Assembly (NCBI GenBank): GCA_012964235.1
Contig: DTUJ01000094.1
Span: 1-47,067, forward strand
Length of the DNA stretch: 47,067 nucleotides
Origin: Fidelibacterota bacterium
GTDB lineage: Bacteria; Fidelibacterota; Marinisomatia; Marinisomatales; UBA8229
Reading direction: 5' to 3'
The position numbers and the translations under genes are program-made. The notes under the pieces are model-generated. The model did no database searches and had not been told where the DNA came from. It saw only the letters and a list, made by a program, of their open reading frames with translations. Shown here in pieces: positions 23,816 through 31,517 of the stretch. How positions within the stretch are numbered: the first letter of the stretch is position 1; each line of letters opens with the position of its first letter.

Positions 23816-24921
23816 TATTTATTATCCTCTAATCGTGCATAATAAAACCCAAGATTTTTCTGGAAATTCCGCGGGAGTTTCGGGAGTTTAGACCGGGGCA
23901 AGAAATAGCTCGTTAAATCCATAAAATCTGAAAATATTTTTTGATTCTCTAGAGTCGTTTTCAAATAACTGTATCCTGGCGATCCTCCGGTTCCTATCTT
24001 TTTTCCTATCATGCGGAGAGCCATTTGTGAATGCAAATGCCTCCATGAAGTTAAATATTTTTCCATATCGATTAAATTCGTCAACAAATTAAAGGGTAAA
24101 TGAAGAACTGGCTCATCACGATATAGAAAAATTAATAAGGATGCTTGCATTGCTTTGTAGGACAATCTTCTCTTACCATTTTTCACCAATACATTGTGTT
24201 TCTTATTATCAAAAATTGCAATGAAATTTTTATACGATATATTATGCTCCTTCTCCAATTGTTTCTTCTCCTGTAAAGATATTGTACTGTCTTTGAGGAA
24301 TATATTTTTCTGGTTTTGGAGACTTTGGCTTACCGCTTTCTGATAAGAATCCCAAAATTTGAATCCTTCAAAATCAAGAAATGGCATTCGATTGAGCCAA
24401 TTATTTACACCATCAAATAGAGAAGGCTTTTTTTCAGCTTTGGATAAAATCTTTTTTTGCGAAGAATCCAGACTATTTTTATAACTTTGTTTTTCAAAAA
24501 ATATTCGATCGGAAGATTTTAACCCCATTTTTATTTCTAACAACCTGAATTGTACGCTTTGAAAACCTGAAGCAGGGACAAGTAAATCACGAAACTCCAA
24601 AAAATCCAATGGTGTCATTGTCTCTAAAACTGTAATCTGATCTAATAATATTTTTTGGATTTCAATAATTCGCAAGATCCGGGAGTTAATAACTCCCATT
24701 TCTTTTTCAACAATATAATCGTTTTGAAAAATCGTGAGAATGGAATCAAGTTCATATAAAATTTGTTTAAACCACAATTCGTACACCTGGTGAGTAATTA
24801 TAAACAACATCTCCTCATGCGCTATCATTCCACTTTTTTCACTAAGGGGATTTTGCAAATTCAAGAGATCATTTATTCTGAGATAGTCCTGATAATTATT
24901 TTCTTTATTTTTTTTGCTCAT
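23815..24921 (-). CDS. kynA: Tryptophan 2,3-dioxygenase (long form)
   Basis: 368 aa. The blocks DYLRINDLLNLQ, HEEMLFIITHQVYELWFKQILYELD and GTGGSPGYSYL are TDO signatures. It is the first gene of the minus-strand operon. Confidence 0.85.
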   Translation of the reverse strand: MSKKNKENNYQDYLRINDLLNLQNPLSEKSGMIAHEEMLFIITHQVYELWFKQILYELDSILTIFQNDYIVEKEMGVINSRILRIIEIQKILLDQITVLETMTPLDFLEFRDLLVPASGFQSVQFRLLEIKMGLKSSDRIFFEKQSYKNSLDSSQKKILSKAEKKPSLFDGVNNWLNRMPFLDFEGFKFWDSYQKAVSQSLQNQKNIFLKDSTISLQEKKQLEKEHNISYKNFIAIFDNKKHNVLVKNGKRRLSYKAMQASLLIFLYRDEPVLHLPFNLLTNLIDMEKYLTSWRHLHSQMALRMIGKKIGTGGSPGYSYLKTTLENQKIFSDFMDLTSYFLPRSKLPKLPRNFQKNLGFYYARLEDNK

Positions 24922-25120
24922 TGAATTGTGTTTATCCTAGAATCAGGGATGAATTTAATCGGTGAGGGAAAAACATTAAAAAGAAATTCCTTATTTATTA
25001 ATCAAATCCACGTATTAATTTATAAATTGTATGCCAACTTTAATATATGTTTCCGTGAAATTATAAAACCAATTTATTTTAAAATGAAGAACAAATATAA
25101 CATATTATTAAGTAAGAATT

Positions 25121-26212
25121 ATGTCTTTAGTACCAGAACACATTAAGAATCTTTCCCCTTATACGCCTGGGAAATCAATTTCCCGCCTAAAACGAGATTT
25201 AGGCCTCAAATATGTTATTAAACTTGCTTCCAATGAAAATCCAAGTGGGCCTTCTCCTTTGGCTCTGGATGCTGTAAAAAACGCTCTTTTTGATTATAAT
25301 CGATACCCGGACTCAGCCGCATTTGATTTAAGAAAGATGTTGGCAACCCGTTTTAATGTGAAGGTAGAAAACGTAATTTTGGGCGCAGGAAGCGAAGGAA
25401 TAATGTCTACAATTATGCGGACTTTTCTTCGAAAGAGAGACGAAATAATAGCCGTAAAAAATTCATTTATAGGCTTTCGAGTTTTGGCAAATGCCAGTGG
25501 TTTCAAAACCAATTGGATTGCAATGGATCATTACCATTATAATTTAGCATCAATGGCAAAAGCTATAAATAATCATACAAAGATTATATATTTAGCGAAT
25601 CCTGATAATCCTACCGGAACTTATTTTAATGTCAAAAAATTTGATGCGTTCATGTCCAAAGTTCCGAATCGTGTTTTGGTTCTCCTGGATGAAGCATATT
25701 TTGAATATGCAAAAGATGTATTAGATTACCCTGATTCTATGCATTATAGATATGACAATGTAATCACCTTAAGGACATTTTCGAAAGCATACGGTCTGGC
25801 GGGTTTTAGAATCGGGTATGGCTTTGCCCACAAAGATATAATCAAGAATCTCATGAAAGTAAAATTGCCTTTCGAACCATCAACACCGGCACAGATTGCT
25901 GCTATTGCTGCATTGAACGATCAGAATTATCTCCGACATTCTTTGAAATTGAATGAAGAGGGAATCGCCGGGATGGAAAAATCATTTGATAATTATGGGT
26001 TAGAATATCTACCCTCCGTAGCAAATTTTCTTACATTGGTTTTTAAAAACGAAAAGGCTGCAAAATCATTTTGTAAATCAATGCTTCAAAGAGGAGTAAT
26101 ACTCCGTCATTTATCCGGGTTTGGACTGCCGGAATGTGTTCGGGTCACTACCGGAACCAAGGAAGAAAACTCAATATTTTTTGATCACATTTCTCATATA
26201 ATTAAAAGGTAA
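25121..26212 (+). CDS. HisC-family aminotransferase (histidinol-phosphate/aromatic aminotransferase)
   Basis: 363 aa. The blocks NLSPYTPGK, KLASNENPSGPSP, NPDNPTG and TFSKAYGLAGFRIGY (PLP lysine) fit the HisC family. Its position immediately upstream of hppD suggests an aromatic (Tyr/Phe) aminotransferase role. Confidence 0.8.
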   Translation: MSLVPEHIKNLSPYTPGKSISRLKRDLGLKYVIKLASNENPSGPSPLALDAVKNALFDYNRYPDSAAFDLRKMLATRFNVKVENVILGAGSEGIMSTIMRTFLRKRDEIIAVKNSFIGFRVLANASGFKTNWIAMDHYHYNLASMAKAINNHTKIIYLANPDNPTGTYFNVKKFDAFMSKVPNRVLVLLDEAYFEYAKDVLDYPDSMHYRYDNVITLRTFSKAYGLAGFRIGYGFAHKDIIKNLMKVKLPFEPSTPAQIAAIAALNDQNYLRHSLKLNEEGIAGMEKSFDNYGLEYLPSVANFLTLVFKNEKAAKSFCKSMLQRGVILRHLSGFGLPECVRVTTGTKEENSIFFDHISHIIKR

Positions 26213-26219
26213 CTTGAAA

Positions 26220-27341
26220 ATGGCATTAATCTCTACTGAGTGGAACGGTACAGAATATTTTCCTATCCATGATTTTCATCATGTGGAATATTTTGTAGGC
26301 AATGCCAAACAGGCTGTTCATTATTACCGATCTGCATTTGGATTTGAACTTTATGCCTATTGCGGACCTGAAACGGGTGTGCGGGAAAAGGTATCCTACG
26401 TTCTGAAAAAGAATCACCAATTCTTTGTCTTTACCACCCCCCTCAGTTCAGACCATCCCGGATCAGATTGGTTAAAAAAGCATGGAGATGGAATTTATGA
26501 TATTGCCTTCTCAGTGGATTGCGACAAGACTGCCTTTGATTCCTGCCTGTCCCGGGGTGCTGAAAGTGTTCAGGAACCAACAGCAGAAAAAAATGACAAT
26601 GGAGAATATGGCAAATCTTCCATTAAGACCTATGGTGATACCATTCATTCCTTTATTTACGATTCAAATTACTCTGGATTATGGGCACCGGGATTTGAAC
26701 TGATAAATCTCCCGAATATCTCCCGCCCCGATACTGCTCTTATTACCATTGACCATGTGGTAGGAAATGTAGAAACTGGCAAGATGGATGAATGGCAGAA
26801 ATTTTACGAAAAAATATTTGGATTTACCACTTTCGTTCGGTTTGATGAAACGGATATCAGTACGCAGTATTCATCCCTAAAATCTATCGTGGTTCGATCA
26901 AAAAACTGGAAAGTTAAATTGCCCATTAATGAGCCGGCAAAAGGAATCAAGAAATCCCAAATTGAAGAATATTTGGATTTTAATGAAGGCGCAGGTGTTC
27001 AGCATTTGGCAATCTTAACGGGAGATATTATTAAATCTATCACAGCTTTACGGACAAATGGAGTGGACTTTTTAGATGTACCTGACACTTACTATGATGA
27101 TTTAGAAAAGAGAGTTGGCCCAATTGATGAAGATATGGCCGTATTGAAAAAATTAAAAATATTAGTGGATCGGGATGAAGAAGGCTATTTACTGCAATTG
27201 TTTACCAAACCATTAGAAGACCGCCCAACTTTATTTATAGAAATTATCCAACGGAAAGGCTCCCGTGGTTTTGGACAGGGGAATTTCCAGGCGTTATTTG
27301 AATCCATTGAACGTGAACAAGAGTTACGTGGGAATCTGTAA
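26220..27341 (+). CDS. hppD: 4-hydroxyphenylpyruvate dioxygenase
   Basis: About 373 aa. It has the tandem VOC-fold blocks HHVEYFVGNAKQA and IDHVVGNVE, and the C-terminal signature GYLLQLFTKP...PTLFIEIIQRKGSRGFGQGNFQALFESIEREQ. I prefer the ATG at 26220 over the TTG at 26214. Confidence 0.85.
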   Translation: MALISTEWNGTEYFPIHDFHHVEYFVGNAKQAVHYYRSAFGFELYAYCGPETGVREKVSYVLKKNHQFFVFTTPLSSDHPGSDWLKKHGDGIYDIAFSVDCDKTAFDSCLSRGAESVQEPTAEKNDNGEYGKSSIKTYGDTIHSFIYDSNYSGLWAPGFELINLPNISRPDTALITIDHVVGNVETGKMDEWQKFYEKIFGFTTFVRFDETDISTQYSSLKSIVVRSKNWKVKLPINEPAKGIKKSQIEEYLDFNEGAGVQHLAILTGDIIKSITALRTNGVDFLDVPDTYYDDLEKRVGPIDEDMAVLKKLKILVDRDEEGYLLQLFTKPLEDRPTLFIEIIQRKGSRGFGQGNFQALFESIEREQELRGNL

Positions 27342-27372
27342 TGATGGAAACTTTTAACTTTCTTATTTAAAC

Positions 27373-28521
27373 ATGCCATTTTACCATAAACAGGGAAAAA
27401 TTCCACCGAAACGACACACTGCCTTTAAAAAGGAAGACGGTAGTCTTTATTATGAAGAATTGGTAAGCCGTGAAGGTTTTTCCGGTATTTACAGCAATCT
27501 GTACCATTTACAGCGTCCAACCAAAATTTCTAAAGTAGGTGAATTATTTAAACAGGAATTATCCAAGGCAAAAACCAAACACAGAGCTCGGCATATTACA
27601 ACAGCGAGTTTAAAAACCACCGGAGATGTTTTGTCTGCCAGAATACCATTGTTTTTCAATTCGGATGTAATCATTTCAGTTGCAGCCGTTTCTGAAAATA
27701 TGGATTATTGCTATAGAAATGGAACCGTCGATGAGGTACTGTATATTCAATCCGGGGAAGGAAAATTCATTTCCAACTTTGGGAATTTGCACGTTAAATC
27801 CGGTGATTATGTAGTGATACCCCGAGGTGTGATTTGGCAAATGAACCCAACTGATACGGTTCGGATGTTGGTGATTGAATCGGCAGGACCCGTTGAAACT
27901 CCCAATCGTTACCGCAACCGTTTTGGCCAGTTATTGGAGCATTCCCCATTTTGTGAACGGGACATTCAATTACCGGAATTACAGGATCCCATTACCAATA
28001 AAAATGAGTGTCTGGTGAAGGTAAAAACTCAAAAGGGAATTCAGGAATATACTTACGCCCATCATCCCTGCGATGTGATTGGGTGGGATGGCTATTACTT
28101 CCCGTGGAGCATAAGCATTCACGATTTCGAACCCATTGTAGGAAGTATTCATCAGCCCCCTCCGGTACACCAGACTTTTCAGGCAAATGGATTTGTCATT
28201 TGCTCGTTTGTCCCCCGTTTATTTGATTTCCATCCAAGTGCAATTCCTGCGCCTTATCCCCATTCGAATATAGATTCAGACGAAATCATTTACTACTCCA
28301 AAGGAGATTTCATGAGCCGTCAGGGAATTCAGGAAGAATCCATCACTCTGCACCCCATGGGACTTCCTCATGGACCTCAGCCGGGAAAATATCAAAGTTC
28401 CATAGGCAAAAAGCACACCGATGAATTAGCGGTTATGATAGATACATTTAAACCGTTGCATGTGACAGAAGCTGCTTTAGGGATTGATGAAGCTAATTAT
28501 CCTTTGAGTTGGATGGATTAA
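27373..28521 (+). CDS. hmgA: Homogentisate 1,2-dioxygenase (short bacterial form)
   Basis: 382 aa. The blocks MPFYHKQGKIPPKRHT, EELVSREGFSG.YS.LYH and ITLHPMGLPHGPQPG fit HGD. It follows hppD. Confidence 0.85.
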   Translation: MPFYHKQGKIPPKRHTAFKKEDGSLYYEELVSREGFSGIYSNLYHLQRPTKISKVGELFKQELSKAKTKHRARHITTASLKTTGDVLSARIPLFFNSDVIISVAAVSENMDYCYRNGTVDEVLYIQSGEGKFISNFGNLHVKSGDYVVIPRGVIWQMNPTDTVRMLVIESAGPVETPNRYRNRFGQLLEHSPFCERDIQLPELQDPITNKNECLVKVKTQKGIQEYTYAHHPCDVIGWDGYYFPWSISIHDFEPIVGSIHQPPPVHQTFQANGFVICSFVPRLFDFHPSAIPAPYPHSNIDSDEIIYYSKGDFMSRQGIQEESITLHPMGLPHGPQPGKYQSSIGKKHTDELAVMIDTFKPLHVTEAALGIDEANYPLSWMD

Positions 28522-28547
28522 TTCTAAAATAAAAAGTAGAAATATAA

Positions 28548-29477
28548 ATGAAACTCATTAGCTATAAACAAAATGGAAATATAAAATTTGGGGCATTGGA
28601 AGAAGGTAAGATATATGATCTCAATGCTATAGATTCTCAAATTGCTGATAATATGCTGGAATTTCTTCAAGGAGGGAAAGAGCAGTTGCAGTTGGCAGGG
28701 GCCGTTATACGTAATGAAAGTCCAACTATGCCAGTCAAAGATGTTGAATTAATTTCCCCAGTTCCCAACCCATCATCAGTTCGCGATGCATACGCCTTTC
28801 GTCAGCATGTAGCTACCGCCCGACAAAACCGGGGTTTGGAAATGATCCCTGAGTTTGATGAAATTCCCATATTTTATTTTACCAATCATCATGCCGTATT
28901 TGGGGAGGGAGATTTCCCCGTTCGTCAGCGTCATACTGAAAAACTGGATTTTGAACTGGAATGTGCAGCCGTCATTGGCAAAAGCGGGAGAAATATATCA
29001 ACTGAAGAAGCGGATGATCATACTGCTGGTTTCATGATTATGAATGATTTTTCTGCCCGTGTGTTGCAAATGCAAGAAATGAAACTTAATCTAGGTCCAG
29101 CAAAGGGTAAAGATTTTGGTTCTTCATTTGGCCCCTGGCTGGTAACCAAGGATGAACTGGAACCATTTAGGCAGTCCTCTGCAGAAGGTGATCGTTATGA
29201 TCTAAGAATGAAAGCCTTTGTAAATGATATCCAGGTATCAGAAGATACACTGGCCAATATGACCTGGACATTTGCCCAAATCATTGAACGGGTAAGTTAT
29301 GGGGTGGATATTTTCCCAGGGGATGTCATTGGTTCAGGTACCTGCGGTACCGGTTGCTTTCTGGAATTGAATGGTTCAAAGATCACTGACAATCAATGGT
29401 TGAATCCTGGTGATACAGTATCCCTAGAAATTGAAGGACTGGGAACATTAATAAATAAAATTATACTCAGTGACTAA
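28548..29477 (+). CDS. Fumarylacetoacetate-hydrolase (FAH) family protein, short type
   Basis: 309 aa. It has an N-terminal beta domain (MKLISYKQNG..KFGALEEGKIYDL) and a FAH-fold C-terminus (DFELECAAVIGKSG, GFMIMNDFSAR, GDVIGSGT). It follows hmgA, so it is the likely ring-fission-product hydrolase. Confidence 0.7.
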   Translation: MKLISYKQNGNIKFGALEEGKIYDLNAIDSQIADNMLEFLQGGKEQLQLAGAVIRNESPTMPVKDVELISPVPNPSSVRDAYAFRQHVATARQNRGLEMIPEFDEIPIFYFTNHHAVFGEGDFPVRQRHTEKLDFELECAAVIGKSGRNISTEEADDHTAGFMIMNDFSARVLQMQEMKLNLGPAKGKDFGSSFGPWLVTKDELEPFRQSSAEGDRYDLRMKAFVNDIQVSEDTLANMTWTFAQIIERVSYGVDIFPGDVIGSGTCGTGCFLELNGSKITDNQWLNPGDTVSLEIEGLGTLINKIILSD

Positions 29478-30345
29478 ATTCCAGCAATTTGACCCTAACA
29501 AATTAGAACTGAGGGAGAGACATCAATTACTTCTCAGCAGTGTAGCTCCTCGCCCCATTGGATTTACAGGGAGTAAAAGTAAAGACGGCCATATTAATTT
29601 AGCCCCTTTCAGTTATCATAATGCATTCAGCTCAAATCCACCCATGGTGGGGATTTCTCCGGCATTCAGCGGTCGTACCGGTAAAACAAAAAATACTCTC
29701 ACTAATATTCTGGATACCAAAGAATTTACCCTTTCTGTAGTAACCCATGATATGGTTGAACAAATGAATATCTGCGCAGCAGAGTATCCCAAAGAAGTTG
29801 ATGAGTTTGAGAAATCAGGATTAACCAAGTATCCATGTAAGATAGTTTCCACACCGGGGGTAGAGGAGTCACCCCTCATCATGGAATGCAAATTTACCCA
29901 GCATATCCAGTTTAGTGATAAGCCAGCAGGTGGTAATCTTTTATTAGGAGAAATTGTATATTTTCATGCCAAAAAAGACATTATTAATGACTCAGGGAAA
30001 ATAGATCCAATCAAAGTAGATCAGGTAGCCCGGATGGGATTTAATTGGTACACACGCGCAAACCAAGGATTGTTTGAGCTTCCTGCCCCGCGCACTTGTC
30101 CAATCGGCATTGACACCTTATCTGACTCAATAAAGAGGAACCCTCTTTTTAGTGGTAAACTGCTCGCCCGATTAGCGAGCGTAGAAACAATTCCTGAACC
30201 AACATTATTAAAGAAATCATCACATAAATATTCTGATTTTACAAACGAAGAATTGCTTCAAGCGTGTGCTAAACTATTGGAAACAAATAATATCAAGGAT
30301 GCATGGCAAATTGTACATATATTTTTATCAAGAGTGGATAATTAG
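29470..30345 (+). CDS. Flavin-reductase-like domain protein with C-terminal extension
   Basis: 291 aa with a GTG start overlapping the FAH gene end. The blocks PRPIGFTGSKSKDGHINLAPFSYHNAFSSNPP and SPLIMECKF resemble the flavin reductase/FMN-binding split-barrel family. Confidence 0.6.
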   Translation: MTKFQQFDPNKLELRERHQLLLSSVAPRPIGFTGSKSKDGHINLAPFSYHNAFSSNPPMVGISPAFSGRTGKTKNTLTNILDTKEFTLSVVTHDMVEQMNICAAEYPKEVDEFEKSGLTKYPCKIVSTPGVEESPLIMECKFTQHIQFSDKPAGGNLLLGEIVYFHAKKDIINDSGKIDPIKVDQVARMGFNWYTRANQGLFELPAPRTCPIGIDTLSDSIKRNPLFSGKLLARLASVETIPEPTLLKKSSHKYSDFTNEELLQACAKLLETNNIKDAWQIVHIFLSRVDN

Positions 30346-30390
30346 GTTACATTTTCCCGGTTGAAAAAAATAATTGTTTAATCAAATCTC

Positions 30391-30915
30391 ATGAAAATTG
30401 CAATTGTTTCAGGTAGCCCCCGTAAACTATCAAAAACAATCCATGTAATGAGCCATGTCCATGACTACCTAAATAATAAATCTTATCATTTAGACCTGAT
30501 CGATCTTGCTGACGAAAATATTGAAATGTATCATGGGTCTAATGAGGACTATAATCAAACTACAAAGGAGTTGATAAATAAACTAACTGAGGCTGACGTA
30601 TGGATCATTGGAACGCCTATTTATAATTCATTTTTCAGCAGCGCCATAAAAAACGTATTCGAATTTCTAAACTATAAAAATACTTCTGGAAAAGTAGCCG
30701 GACTCATTATCGTTGCGTCAGATCACATAAGTTTTAAAAGTGTTCAAACAAACTTAACACAGCTAATGTCCTACTTTGGAGTCCTGACAAATCCAAACAG
30801 TGTTTATATCACAGTTGATAAAATAGATGAAATCAATCGATTGACAATAGAACTGAAGTTAAGATTAGAAAATATATTGGATGAAACTATTAGGCTATTT
30901 GAAGAAAGTAAATGA
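30391..30915 (+). CDS. NAD(P)H-dependent FMN reductase family protein
   Basis: 174 aa. The N-terminus MKIAIVSGSPRKLSKT and the block WIIGTPIYNSFFSSAIKN are typical of the flavodoxin-like FMN reductase family. Confidence 0.6.
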   Translation: MKIAIVSGSPRKLSKTIHVMSHVHDYLNNKSYHLDLIDLADENIEMYHGSNEDYNQTTKELINKLTEADVWIIGTPIYNSFFSSAIKNVFEFLNYKNTSGKVAGLIIVASDHISFKSVQTNLTQLMSYFGVLTNPNSVYITVDKIDEINRLTIELKLRLENILDETIRLFEESK

Positions 30916-30970
30916 TATCTGAAAAAATTTACGGACAGCAGAACCTTTGACTACAAACTCATGAGAAAAA

Positions 30971-31459
30971 TTACTTACTCATCAATTCATTTAGGTGTAA
31001 TTTTCCATGATCATCAAAATAACTATCAATAAGTAGATTTACTTCTTTAAGGAGTATTTCTGAGTAAGATACTTCTGTGTTTTGTTTACACTTCATTGCA
31101 TGAAAAATAATTTTTTGACAGGAGATAGTCAAAGATACATACTTTGTATAGCCTTCATCGTTAACATTTTTTGGTTTAACTCTCTGAGCTAAAAAATACT
31201 GCATTATGACATCCTGAATATGTTGCGCATGTTCTTCCTTTGTATTTACCCATCGGACTAATTGGTTCAAATCTTGAGGTACAGTTTTATTGTTTGATAG
31301 CTCATTAATATTTTTCATTGCCTTCTGAATAGTCGTTATATCCTCTTGTATTTGTTTGATCCTCGCTGCATCGTCGTAGATACCACAGGGAACCTGACAA
31401 TGTGAAAAAAGAACTGATGAGGTTAGTGTAATCAGAACTATCGAAAGACTAATTTTCAT
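30971..31459 (-). CDS. sodN: Nickel-containing superoxide dismutase precursor
   Basis: 162 aa. The Ni-hook HCQVPCGIYDD (consensus HCxxPCGxY) begins at residue 20, after the leader MKISLSIVLITLTSSVLFS. The size and helical remainder fit NiSOD. AAGGAG lies 5 nt upstream of the ATG. Confidence 0.85.
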   Translation of the reverse strand: MKISLSIVLITLTSSVLFSHCQVPCGIYDDAARIKQIQEDITTIQKAMKNINELSNNKTVPQDLNQLVRWVNTKEEHAQHIQDVIMQYFLAQRVKPKNVNDEGYTKYVSLTISCQKIIFHAMKCKQNTEVSYSEILLKEVNLLIDSYFDDHGKLHLNELMSK

Positions 31460-31517
31460 GTTTTCTCCTTATCTCTTTGATTTACTCAGAGGAATCAATT
31501 TTTTCCCAAAATTTTAT

